NCBI RefSeq assembly: GCF_001194135.2
Contig: NC_068983.1
Coordinates: 84,278,333 to 84,334,743, forward strand
Reading direction: 5' to 3'
Origin: Octopus bimaculoides
Taxonomy: Eukaryota
Length of the DNA: 56,411 nt
Shown in pieces: positions 1 to 11,064 of this stretch (its first letter is position 1; each line of letters opens with the position of its first letter). The position numbers were made by a program, and so were the translations under genes. The notes beneath the pieces were generated by a model, which did not search any database, was not told where the DNA came from, and worked only from the letters and a program-made list of their open reading frames with translations.

Positions 1-156
1 CATCGCAGTGGTACTCATTTTTGCCAGCTGAGTGGATTGGAGCAACGTGAAATGAAGTGTTTTGCTCAAGAACACGTGTTGCCCGGTCCAGGAATCGAAA
101 CCACAATCTTACGATCATGATGCTGACACCCTAACCACTAAGGCACGTGCCTCCAT

Positions 157-157
<1 letters not shown>
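1..157 (-). mobile_element. tRNA-headed SINE, family A (5' part, truncated by window edge)
   Basis: Reverse complement reads TGCCTTAGTGG (A-box-like) and GGTTTCGATTCC (B-box), then TTGAGCAAAACACTTCATTTCACGTTGCTCCAATCCACTCAGCTGGCAAAAATGAGTA; visibly matches the copy at 8668-8943. Confidence 0.85.
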
Positions 158-212
<55 letters not shown>

Positions 213-320
213 AATACATATATATATATAGAGATAGATAGATATAGATATATATAGGTGCATCTAATAAGGTGCCTTAATTTTTAAGTACCTTATTCAA
301 CTGAATCTTGTTGATATATA

Positions 321-354
<34 letters not shown>

Positions 355-452
355 TTATATGTATTTATATATAAATATACATAAACACATATATACATGT
401 ATGCATATATGTACACATTTACATGTGTGTACCTGTATGTGTGTGTATATAG

Positions 453-491
<39 letters not shown>

Positions 492-761
492 AATCTGGTA
501 ATTAGTCATATATTAATTAATATCGATTAATTATCAGGAGGCCAGCACATGTAAAGAATCAAAGAGATTCAGAAGTATTATCTGCAATCTCAGGGGATTA
601 AGGTACATTTTAAAAAAATAACGTCGACCACTAACGTGGACAATTAATGCGCTAGAAATAGATCACATCTTGTGTCTATTAAGACCTAAAATGTTCTCAA
701 CATATATATATATATATATATACACACACTTATACATATATATATATATATATATATATAT

Positions 762-1491
762 NNNNNNNNNNNNNNNNNNNNNNNNNNNNNNNNNNNNNNN
801 NNNNNNNNNNNNNNNNNNNNNNNNNNNNNNNNNNNNNNNNNNNNNNNNNNNNNNNNNNNNNNNNNNNNNNNNNNNNNNNNNNNNNNNNNNNNNNNNNNNN
901 NNNNNNNNNNNNNNNNNNNNNNNNNNNNNNNNNNNNNNNNNNNNNNNNNNNNNNNNNNNNNNNNNNNNNNNNNNNNNNNNNNNNNNNNNNNNNNNNNNNN
1001 NNNNNNNNNNNNNNNNNNNNNNNNNNNNNNNNNNNNNNNNNNNNNNNNNNNNNNNNNNNNNNNNNNNNNNNNNNNNNNNNNNNNNNNNNNNNNNNNNNNN
1101 NNNNNNNNNNNNNNNNNNNNNNNNNNNNNNNNNNNNNNNNNNNNNNNNNNNNNNNNNNNNNNNNNNNNNNNNNNNNNNNNNNNNNNNNNNNNNNNNNNNN
1201 NNNNNNNNNNNNNNNNNNNNNNNNNNNNNNNNNNNNNNNNNNNNNNNNNNNNNNNNNNNNNNNNNNNNNNNNNNNNNNNNNNNNNNNNNNNNNNNNNNNN
1301 NNNNNNNNNNNNNNNNNNNNNNNNNNNNNNNNNNNNNNNNNNNNNNNNNNNNNNNNNNNNNNNNNNNNNNNNNNNNNNNNNNNNNNNNNNNNNNNNNNNN
1401 NNNNNNNNNNNNNNNNNNNNNNNNNNNNNNNNNNNNNNNNNNNNNNNNNNNNNNNNNNNNNNNNNNNNNNNNNNNNNNNNNNNNNNNNNNN
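762..1491. other. Assembly gap (N-run) flanked by (TA)n; other gaps at 2897-2906, 8994-9773, 11939-12321, 25010-25894, 26985-27156, 35866-35962, 47217-47554, 54339-54348
   Basis: Directly seen N-runs. Confidence 0.99.
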
Positions 1492-1799
1492 ATATATATA
1501 TATATATATTGATATACAAGTATGTACATATATAAATCAACAGTAAATCAAAAATCTATAAATACTTAATATTCAATTTTATTTATTCATTCCAATTATG
1601 AAGTTACTCAAGAGGGCTTCAATTTGAACAATTTTCATGATGCTTCATATTTAGATACTTTTATTAAATTCATTCAATTGTTAAACAAAAATAAATCTTG
1701 GAATTACATGGTTATGATGTACTGTCAGGTGACTTTTGGCCAAATTTGTATATATATATCTATAAACACATATATATGTACACACAGACACATATATAT

Positions 1800-1935
1800 G
1801 CTGATGCCATGAAAAAAGCACTGGTGCTGGTTCCACATAAAATGCATTGGTTATGGTGCCACATAAAAAGCACTGGTGATGGTGCCACATAAAATGTACT
1901 GGTGATGGTACCATGGTACACTGTGTAAAGTGATC
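1800..1935 (+). repeat. Four ~26-bp tandem units (AAAAAGCACTGGTGATGGTGCCACAT) inside a family-C-related repeat
   Basis: Units readable by eye at 1811-1920. Confidence 0.8.
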
Positions 1936-2519
1936 ACAATAAGCAGTCAGCTACCCTACCCTAGTCGTTACCACTCCCAATGTAGGATTCCTCACCATAC
2001 AGGTGACAGGCACAGCCGTAAGATGTATTATGGATCGGTAGCAATTGGAAGGGCGTGACCCAACTCAAATAAACATTAACAACTGTGTGACATGAGGGCT
2101 AAGGAGAAGTGAAAGTGTCACCTCTGGAGTTTGCTAATGACCATTATACCGATAGGTAAATGGACCGAATAAATTTACAATCTATAAATGTCTTTGAATA
2201 ACTAGTCACTCATCTGGGAAGGCCTTGAAATCAATGTTACCATCTGGCAATTATGTGTGACCCAGTGATAATAAAAAGACTCAAAGGAGGTCTGCAACCA
2301 AATAACTTTACTCAACACTTTACAACTGAATCAGTGGAAGCAAAGATGCCTCTCATTTACTTGACAATTTATGCACCACATTGCAGAAATCACAATCTAA
2401 GTATATCTCAAAGCAAACTCTTACACTGTTGTACCATTAAATTACAAATAATGCTTATCTTTTATGCTCAGGTGACCCTACAGCTTCTAAGAGTACAACT
2501 GTATTCGTCTTTGCTTAGA

Positions 2520-3151
2520 TAAAATGACTAAATTATGGGTGTTAAGTCCCCATTTAGGGGGACTTTCTAACTTCTAAGAAGATGAAATTTTAGAAATATT
2601 ACTTCATTTGTGTCTAATATCTATGGTTAAAATTTCATCAACAGCAAAAATATATGAATTTTCATAGGGGTTATGGCCCCTTCGCATAGAATATAATTTC
2701 TAAATTTCATAAAGATCCATTCAGTACTTTTGACCTATTTTTGGATCATAAAAAAATGACTAAAATTTGGAAGTTAAGGCCCCCATTAGTGGGTCTTAGA
2801 ATCATCATGAGAAGTGGAAACTTTGAGAATACTTCTTGATGTGTGTCAATTACCCATGGTCGAAATTTCCGAAAATTTATGAATTTTCATGGGGGTNNNN
2901 NNNNNNCATGGTCGAAATTTCCGAAAATTTATGAATTTTCATGGGGGTTCTGCCCCCTTTAAACCATCTCAAATTCAAACCAAACATACTGCATTATAAC
3001 CGCCCTTGTGCATTGAATCTAAGTTCCAAATATCATAAGGACCCATTCAGTAATTTTGGTCCATGAAATTGTATAAAACACACAGCATTACTCTTCTCCT
3101 GAGGCTTGGATTTTGTGTTCCAAATTTCATTAGGATCGGTGCAGTAGTTTG

Positions 3152-3160
<9 letters not shown>
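2520..3160 (+). mobile_element. Helitron-like non-autonomous element 3' region with ~235-bp internal tandem units
   Basis: Units starting AAAATGACTAAA at ~2521 and ~2754 share TATGAATTTTCAT(A/G)GGGG; ends with CAAATTTCATTAGGATCGGTGCAGTAGTTT followed by a microsatellite, the layout of Lep1/DINE-1-type elements (recalled motif). Confidence 0.55.
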
Positions 3161-3190
<30 letters not shown>

Positions 3191-3545
3191 CATGTATATG
3201 TTGTGTGTGTATGTGTGTGTGTATGTCCATGTATGTATAATTGTGTGCGTGTATGTCCATGTATGTATAATTGTGTGCGTGTATGTATGAGTGTGTACTG
3301 TGTGTGTGTGAGAGGTATGTGTGGGTTCATTTACATGTGCTTGTGTATGTATGTGTGTGTGTGTATAAGTGTGTGTGTGTGTGAATGTATGTGCATTTGT
3401 ACATGTGTATTTTGTGTGTGCATGTGTGTGTGCGTGTGTATGTGTGTGCGTGTGTGTGTGTGTGAACGAGGGGTTGTGTGTAGAGGTATATGTGCATCTT
3501 TTTGCATGTGTATGCATGTGTGTATGTGTGCGTGTAGTTGTGTGT
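3155..3545. repeat. Compound (TG)n microsatellite with ~30-bp higher-order duplication
   Basis: (TG)n runs plus GTGTATGTCCATGTATGTATAATTGTGTGC repeated at ~3219-3280. Confidence 0.95.
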
Positions 3546-4257
3546 ACGTGAAAATTGCCTCACAAGAATTAAAGAAACCCTCATCAAACTGGAACACCAC
3601 GTGAGCATATTTCTTATGGGTGATTTCAACTGCCCCACAATCAAATGGCCCGAAGGTCTCATGCTCTCAGGAATGACTCATTGCAAGCAAGCACAGGTGA
3701 AGTCTCTGCTCAACCTCACCAATGCCCTATTCATGGTGCAAGCTGTACTCAGACCAACTAGGGCGAATAACATTTTGGATCTCTGCTTCATGAACAATAT
3801 GGACATCATTCATGATGTGAAAGTGACGCCGACATTAGTCTCAGATCACAACATAATAGAGCAGTCTATGTTTGGGCTGAAAGTAGCCAGAGACATACAG
3901 CCTAAAGGAAGCACCTGAAATCTCTCCAATCTGAACTTCTACACAGCAGACTGGAAATCGATCCAAAAAGAGATCCTCAGACAGGACTGGTCAAAATGTC
4001 TCTCCACACCAGACATTGGTGTGAAACTAGAATATTTCCTGTCTGTTATGCAAACCATATGCCAGAAATATGTCCCAGAGCACAAAGCCAACACAAAAAG
4101 AAACAAGATTCCAAGGGAGAGGAAGATCCTCATGAGACGACAGACAAAGGTTGCAAATCGACTCAACCAACATCCCAAAAGTAGCGAAAGGTCCCGCGTA
4201 AAAACAACACTGATGGAGATTGAAAAAAGACTGCAACAATCCTATGTGAGGGAGTAA
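3540..4257 (+). mobile_element. CR1/L2-group LINE ORF2 fragment (APE endonuclease C-terminal half plus linker)
   Basis: MGDFNCPTIKW, TRANNILDLCF and SDHNII are APE endonuclease motifs; ORFs 3538-3918 and 4021-4257 are in the same frame, separated by one TGA. Confidence 0.9.
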
Positions 4258-5004
4258 ATAAAATAAGTACCAGCCTTTCGGGGATAAATAAAATAAGTAC
4301 CAGCCATGCACTGGGGTACTGGGGTCGATGTAATCAACTTTCCCCCTCCTCCACACTTTCAGGCCTTGTGCCTATAGTAGAAAGGATTATTATTATAATA
4401 ATAATAGGGTGGCAAGCTGGCAGAAACGTTAGCACACCAGGCGAAATGCTTAGCAGTATTTTGTCCCTTTGTCTGTCCTTGTTTGTCCCTTCTATGTTTA
4501 GCCCCTTGTGAGCAATAAAGAAATAAGAAAGGATTATTATTATAATTATTATCATAATTATATTATCAAAGTGGCTAGCTGGCAGAATTGTCAGCACACC
4601 AAGTGAAATGCTTATGGGTGCTTTGCCCATCACTACATTCCGAGTTCAAATTCTGCTGAGGTTGACTTTGCCTTTTATCCTTTTGGGATCGATAAAATAA
4701 GTATCAGTTGAACACTGAGGTTGATGTGATTCATCCCTTCCCCCAAAATTGCTGCCCTGTGGCAAAATTTGAAACCATTATTATTATTATGAAGGTAGTG
4801 GGCTAACAAACTCGTTAGCACGACGGGTGAAATGCATAGAGACTTTCACCTGTCACTACGTTCTGTGTTCAAATTCCACTGAGGTCAGCTTTGCTTTTCA
4901 TTCTTTCGGGATCAATAAATTAAGTACCAGTGAAACACAGGAGTTGATGTAATTGACTAGTCCCCTGCCATCAAATTTCAGGCCATGTGCCTTCAGTAGA
5001 AAAG

Positions 5005-5047
<43 letters not shown>

Positions 5048-5260
5048 GGGCAGCAAGGTAGAAGAATCATTAGCACACCAGGCAAAATGCTTAGCGGCAT
5101 TTCATGCATCTTTCTGTACAAAATTTAAAAGCCATCAAGGTCCACTTTGCCTTTCATTCTTTCAGGGTCAATTAAATAAGTACCAGTTGTAAACTGGAGT
5201 TGATGTAAACAACTTATCCCCTCCACATAACTTGTTGGGCCTTGTGTCAAAATTTGAAAC

Positions 5261-5307
<47 letters not shown>

Positions 5308-5555
5308 TTATTATTATTATTATTATTACTACTACTACTACTATGGTGGCGAGCTGGCAGAATTGTTAACACACTGGACGAAATGCTTAGTGGTATTTTG
5401 CCAGTCGCTCCATTCTGATTTCAAATTCCGTTGAGGTTGACTTTACCTTTCATCCTTTCGGGGTCAATAAAATAAGTACTAGCTGAACACTGGTGTCAAT
5501 GTAATCATCTCATCCCCTCCCCTAAAACTGCTGCCCTTGAGGCAAAATTTGAAAC

Positions 5556-5595
<40 letters not shown>
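4255..5595 (+). mobile_element. Head-to-tail array of family D SINEs (4 full and 2 partial ~220-bp units) spaced by (ATT)n
   Basis: Each unit has TGGCAGAAT(C/T)GTTAG (A-box-like), GAGTTCAAATTC (B-box-like) and CTTTGCCTTTCATCCTTTCGGGGTCGATAAAATAAGTACCAG (resembles the Deu/Nin central domain, from recall); units start at ~4405, 4570, 4790, 5048, 5343. Confidence 0.9.
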
Positions 5596-5830
5596 TGGTG
5601 CAAGATCAAGCATTTATAGAAGCAAATAAGGAGGTTGTATGATATTCATGCCTTTCCCCAAATACTTCAGAGTTTTGAGCAAAATGATTTAGTCTCAGCT
5701 GCTTATTGAGATTTGATTAGAAACTCAGTCTAGAATTCCTGAGGGAAATTACCAACAGATGCCATCTACATGGAGCACAATAGTTAAGTAAATGCCATCA
5801 TATTGAACTCATGTATACTTCTAATATATA

Positions 5831-5866
<36 letters not shown>

Positions 5867-6227
5867 TGTATGTATGTATGTATGTATAGGTGTGTGTGTC
5901 TGTGCATGTGCTTGTGTGTGTATGTGTGCATATGCATGCAAACATATGTAACAGGTTCATATACACTTGGATATGGGAAAACCTTTCATTGCAAAAATAG
6001 TCTCAAGGGAAAAGAAATCTCCTCATAGATAACATATGTGAAAATACATCACTGGGCTATGAATGACAGCATCAGAGGGTAGGACACATGCATTTCTGCG
6101 TCATTATGCTTCATCAGACATGAATGTAACCCAAACATAATATTTTTTTCTGGCTCTCATCTCTATTTTCTTTTCTCATTTCCACTTTTCCTTTTCTTTC
6201 GTCTTTATCTCCCGTCGGACTTTCTTC

Positions 6228-6264
6228 AGTATCCGACAGAGGACTATGTCCGAAATGTTATGTT
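6228..6264 (+). ncRNA. Decayed type I hammerhead-like motif
   Basis: AGTAT-CCGACAGA-GGAC TAT GTCC-GAAA-TGTT-ATGTT: intact stem II and a possible 5-bp stem I, but the core deviates from CUGANGA. Confidence 0.4.
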
Positions 6265-7091
6265 TTTACACTATAACTTTTACCCTTTTATGAGCATCAA
6301 GCTAATAAGATTAACTGGACAGATGGACAGACAGGCAGACAGACAAACACATACACAAGCACACATACAAATACATACATATATACTTATATATGTGGTT
6401 CCTATTCAGTTTCCAGCTATCAAATTTCCCTCATAAGGCATTAGTCATCTCATGGTATTAGAAGATGCTTTGTTAAGGTGGTGTACAATCAGACTGAACC
6501 CAGAATCATGCGGAGACAAAGCAAACATCTAAACCATACAGCCATGCCATCATTTATACATATATATGCATGAGACAGAGGCAGAATGAAAGAGAACTGA
6601 GAGAAAAATCCAAATGTCTGTTTTTTTCAACACCTGTCTCCCAATTTTTTATCTATTAAGGTATAAATCCTATCCCTACATACACAATAGATACCCAATT
6701 ATTCAAAGTGCCCATGCACACAACAGTAAATGATAGACATTATTCTCCAGCCTTTCAGGGGAAAAGAGCAACTAAAAAAATATGGAGAGAAAGGAAGAAA
6801 AAAATAAAGCAATCCATATTAAGGTTTAGGAGAAATGGTTTTGAATACATTGTGTGCAGGAGAAGTGAAAGAAATCAATGAGAGCAGCTGCTGATCAGCA
6901 CACACACACACATATATACACACCATAGTTGCTATGTCAGTAAATTGTTGGAAGTGAGAGAGACAGAAGGTAGATGACATGTTTCCATGTCCAAACAGAC
7001 TGTCCATAGTAAATTCCATCTTTGCTGCAGCTGGCTATATAATGACACCAAACAAGGTGCTGGGCTGCTGATGTCGACAAGTCTAGTTTAC

Positions 7092-7117
7092 GGCTTTATT
7101 GATCATTTGGCACCAGT
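7092..7117 (-). CDS. Candidate small exon (DWCQMINKA; or terminal exon reading to TAG at 7083)
   Basis: Acceptor TTTTACTCTGATACAG|A, donor GCC|GTAAAC; phase fits the 7322-7349 candidate. Confidence 0.22.
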
Positions 7118-7321
7118 CTGTATCAGAGTAAAATACAATCTGAATAACACACTTGCCAATCACTGAGCTGGCATTCTTTATTAGTGAAAATGAAAACTAA
7201 AAAAAATAATGGATAGAACAGGAAGTAAAGAACATAACAAGTCAATAAAAAAAATCTGTGCTAAGAAGAAGGAAAAAATGATAAAATGGGAATTTATATT
7301 GGATTCATGGCAGATATTTAC

Positions 7322-7349
7322 CAGGATTAAAGTTGCCTATGGCTAGAAC
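7322..7349 (-). CDS. Candidate 28-nt exon (VLAIGNFNP) of an unidentified gene
   Basis: Strong acceptor GATTTGCTTTTTATTTCCATGCAG|G and donor CTG|GTAAAT; only one frame is open. Confidence 0.45.
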
Positions 7350-7899
7350 CTGCATGGAAATAAAAAGCAAATCCATATGTGTAAATGTGTGTGAGTGGTA
7401 AAGTTCTATGGAAATTCTTTTGTACATAGTTTTTTTCAGAGAAGGAATTGCTAGAAAGGCAATTCTGTCCATTTCAAGGATCAATATTATTTAGTTGCTT
7501 TAAAATATATCCATTGCAACATTAAAACTATTTTAATGAATATTTATAGGTATCACAAAACATACATAGACAAATTAATATAAGTATATAATTATATATG
7601 TATAAGTATATGACATACATATATCACCATCATATCCATTTTTGATGTATATGAGTTGAATATGTCACACAACATCCCATCACTTGTCTCTGATCTTTCT
7701 TATTTGACACAAACAGCAATAGAGAAAACCAACCATATGTGTTATTGTGTATGTGTGTTAATTTTATTTATCATTTCTTCATGGTTCTTAGGGTTGGATG
7801 CCATTCCTATCTCCAACCACTTTACAGTAAGAACTGAGCATATTTTTTGTATTACTGGAAATAGAGGGGTGTCTTTGACTATACATGTTTTTATACACA

Positions 7900-8165
7900 C
7901 ATCATCATCATCATCATCATCATCATTTAACGTCTGTTTTCCATGCTAGCATGGGTTGGACAATTTGACTGGGGACTGGCGAACCAGATGGCTACACCAG
8001 ACTCCAATCTGATCTGGCAGAGTTTTTACAGCTGGATGCCCTTCCTGACGCCAACCACTCCAAGAGTGTAGTGGGTGCCTTTTATGTGCCACCGGCACAA
8101 GGGCCAGTCCGGTGGTACTGGCAACAGCCACGCTCAAATGGTGTTTTTTACGTGCCACCTGCACG
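7900..8165 (-). mobile_element. Family C module (RTE-type 3' end with (GAT)n tail)
   Basis: Minus strand reads GGTTGGCGTCAGGAAGGGCATCCAGCTGTAAAAAC...CCCATGCTAGCATGGAAAACAGACGTTAAATGATGATG; same module at 13685, 27715, 32355, 32705, 24190. Confidence 0.85.
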
Positions 8166-8204
8166 AACATACAAACACACAAAGGCACGCACACACATAT
8201 ATAG

Positions 8205-8570
8205 GCAAAGGCATGGTTTCATGGCAAAGTAGCACACTTTGCAACTATCTCGTTTCAGGTTCAGTCCCACTGAATGACACCTTGGGCAATTCTCCAGTAA
8301 TTCTGGGTTGACCAATGCCTTGTGAGTGAATTTTATGGATGGAAAATATGTGTAGGCCCAATATGCATGTTTGTCCCCACTTCACAACCAATGTTGGTTT
8401 GCTTAATATTCCTGTACCTTAGCAGTTCAAAAAAAGAAAAAAAACTAAAAAACTAAGAACAAGATTTTTAAAAAAATCTAAGTACTGGGATAAATTCGAT
8501 TGATTTAAACCCTTCAAGAAACTACCCCAGCAAGCTCATTGTCTAATGATTGAAACAAGTAAAAAATAAA
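8205..8570 (+). mobile_element. tRNA-headed SINE, family B, decayed
   Basis: GGTTCAGTCCCACTG...CACCTTGGGCAA...GCCTTGTGAGTG head and AATGACTGAAACAAGTAAAA-like tail match other B copies. Confidence 0.75.
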
Positions 8571-8667
8571 ACCCAATACTTACATGTAGCTTCATGTGTG
8601 TGCTTTGAAATAGACTATTCTAAAAAGAATTATTTCATGTTCTCTTAAAAGTTTATAAAAGTCTTAT

Positions 8668-8943
8668 GATGGAGGTGCGTGGCTTAGTGGTTAGGGTGTC
8701 GGATTTATGATCGTAAGATTGTGGTTTCGATTCCTGGACCTGGCGATGCGTTGTGTTTTTGAGCAAAACATTTCATTTCACGTTGCTCCAGTCCACTCAA
8801 CTGGCAAAAATGAGTAATCCTGCAACGGATCAGTGTCCCATCCAGGTGAAGAATATATACGCCACTGAAACTGGGAAACTGACCCTTTTAAAGATGCTGC
8901 TCCAGCATGGCCGCAGCCAAATGACTGAAACAAATAAAAGAAA
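8668..8943 (+). mobile_element. Full-length family A SINE carrying the family B 3' tail
   Basis: A-box TGGCTTAGTGG (8680-8690), B-box GGTTTCGATTCC (8723-8734); ends GCTCCAGCATGGCCGCAGCCAAATGACTGAAACAAATAAAAGA then (TA)n. Confidence 0.88.
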
Positions 8944-8948
8944 TATAT

Positions 8949-8993
<45 letters not shown>

Positions 8994-9773
8994 NNNNNNN
9001 NNNNNNNNNNNNNNNNNNNNNNNNNNNNNNNNNNNNNNNNNNNNNNNNNNNNNNNNNNNNNNNNNNNNNNNNNNNNNNNNNNNNNNNNNNNNNNNNNNNN
9101 NNNNNNNNNNNNNNNNNNNNNNNNNNNNNNNNNNNNNNNNNNNNNNNNNNNNNNNNNNNNNNNNNNNNNNNNNNNNNNNNNNNNNNNNNNNNNNNNNNNN
9201 NNNNNNNNNNNNNNNNNNNNNNNNNNNNNNNNNNNNNNNNNNNNNNNNNNNNNNNNNNNNNNNNNNNNNNNNNNNNNNNNNNNNNNNNNNNNNNNNNNNN
9301 NNNNNNNNNNNNNNNNNNNNNNNNNNNNNNNNNNNNNNNNNNNNNNNNNNNNNNNNNNNNNNNNNNNNNNNNNNNNNNNNNNNNNNNNNNNNNNNNNNNN
9401 NNNNNNNNNNNNNNNNNNNNNNNNNNNNNNNNNNNNNNNNNNNNNNNNNNNNNNNNNNNNNNNNNNNNNNNNNNNNNNNNNNNNNNNNNNNNNNNNNNNN
9501 NNNNNNNNNNNNNNNNNNNNNNNNNNNNNNNNNNNNNNNNNNNNNNNNNNNNNNNNNNNNNNNNNNNNNNNNNNNNNNNNNNNNNNNNNNNNNNNNNNNN
9601 NNNNNNNNNNNNNNNNNNNNNNNNNNNNNNNNNNNNNNNNNNNNNNNNNNNNNNNNNNNNNNNNNNNNNNNNNNNNNNNNNNNNNNNNNNNNNNNNNNNN
9701 NNNNNNNNNNNNNNNNNNNNNNNNNNNNNNNNNNNNNNNNNNNNNNNNNNNNNNNNNNNNNNNNNNNNNNNNN

Positions 9774-9804
<31 letters not shown>

Positions 9805-9960
9805 CGGGCTTCTTTCAGTTTCTGTTGACCAAATCTACTCATAAGTTTTTGGTTGGTCCAAGGCTATGGTAGAAGACACTTACCCAAGGTGCCACACAGT
9901 GGGACTGAACCTGGAACTATGTGGCTGGAAAGCAAGCTTCTTACCACACAGCCACACCTG
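9774..9960 (-). mobile_element. Family B SINE 5' half; internal microsatellite runs into a gap
   Basis: Reverse complement matches 47007-47170. Confidence 0.85.
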
Positions 9961-9974
9961 ATACATAAATAATA

Positions 9975-10808
9975 TTGTGTTGAGTCAAAAGTTTTGCAAT
10001 ATCTTGACAACTTATTTGCTTTATTTGGCAAGTTACAACAAAAGCAGCTTAGCATTCAATGTAGAGGTCATCCTGTTGTACCATCTGAAGCCACCTTTCT
10101 ACCAGTTCTTTGATCCCACACTGATACCAGTTCTTGTTCTTTGGGGGAAAGAACTCCTTTGCTGAAGTTCCCACCTCCTCTTGGTTGATGAAGCATCACA
10201 AGTGCAAAAAGTGAGCCATGGCTCAGAACAAGTAATAATCCGAAGGAGATATTTTTCCACAATCCTAATGTACATAAGTGGTTAAAGCAAAGAACATGTC
10301 GCCAAACAAGCATTTCAAACACAAGATGAAGCTCTGTGTCTGGTGAAATTAATGAGGGGATAATTCACAACAAGTTCATACCAGACAGTCAAACTATCAA
10401 TGTCAACCTGTACTCCAAACAGCTGGAGTGGATGTATGCAGAATATCCAGCATTGGTTAACAGAAAACAAACTCTTCTGCAGCAAGACAAAGTAAGATCT
10501 CTAGGAATTTGAGGGAATCAAAATTATGCCACAGCCAGCATAAATCCAGACCTAGCTCCTTCATATTATTACTTGTTCTAATCCATGGCTCACTCCCTGC
10601 ACTTGCAATGCTCCATCAACAAAGGGGAGGTGGAAGCTTCACTGAAGGAGTTCTTCACCTTGAAGGACAAGAACTGGTATCAGGTAGAAAGGTGACTTCA
10701 GACAAAGCAACACAATAGCCTCTACTTTGAAAGATAGGGTGCTTTTGCTGTAACTTGAATAAAGCAAATAAGTTACCAAAATATTGCAAAACTTTTGACT
10801 CAACACAA
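9975..10808 (+). mobile_element. Mariner-derived foldback element (two 3' ends in inverted orientation), TA-flanked
   Basis: Termini TA|TTGTGTTGAGTCAAAAGTTTTGCAATA ... TATTGCAAAACTTTTGACTCAACACAA|TA; internal plus-strand translation gives KMKLCVW, GIIH, LLQQD, PDLAPSYYYLF and EFF..KDKNWYQ of mariner transposases; 9975-10250 is an inverted copy of 10553-10808. Confidence 0.88.
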
Positions 10809-11017
10809 TATATGTATATAATATGATATATATGATACATAAAAAATATATGCATATAATATAAATAATACATGTATATCATATAATATAATATAAATAA
10901 TATATACATATATATATTATTTAAAACAGTTTGATTTGGTTCTGTGCTACCTGAAGTTTTGCAGGTCCCTAATGGGAGCCCAACTCCTCAGGCTTCTGGA
11001 ATATATATGTATGTATG

Positions 11018-11061
<44 letters not shown>

Positions 11062-11064
<3 letters not shown>

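Noticed and set aside
2857-2946. Exact 40-bp duplication on both sides of a 10-N gap
   Set aside because: Typical unmerged contig overlap; assembly artefact.
3033-3662. HT/CV/YI-repeat ORFs here and throughout (e.g. 18051-18310, 28298-28603, 42139-42693)
   Set aside because: Translations of (CA)n/(TG)n/(TA)n microsatellites.
4255-5595. CRISPR-like repeat-spacer periodicity
   Set aside because: Repeats are ~220-bp SINEs and spacers are (ATT)n; eukaryotic context, no cas genes.
6930-7085. Minus-strand frame LVWCHYIASCSKDGIYYGQSVWTW resembling a WD40 repeat (IASCS.DG)
   Set aside because: Weak acceptor, no donor, and spacing does not fit a WD40 repeat; probably chance.
8668-8745. tRNA gene
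   Set aside because: A/B boxes are present but there is no full cloverleaf or terminator, and it continues into a SINE body; same for all family A, B and D heads.
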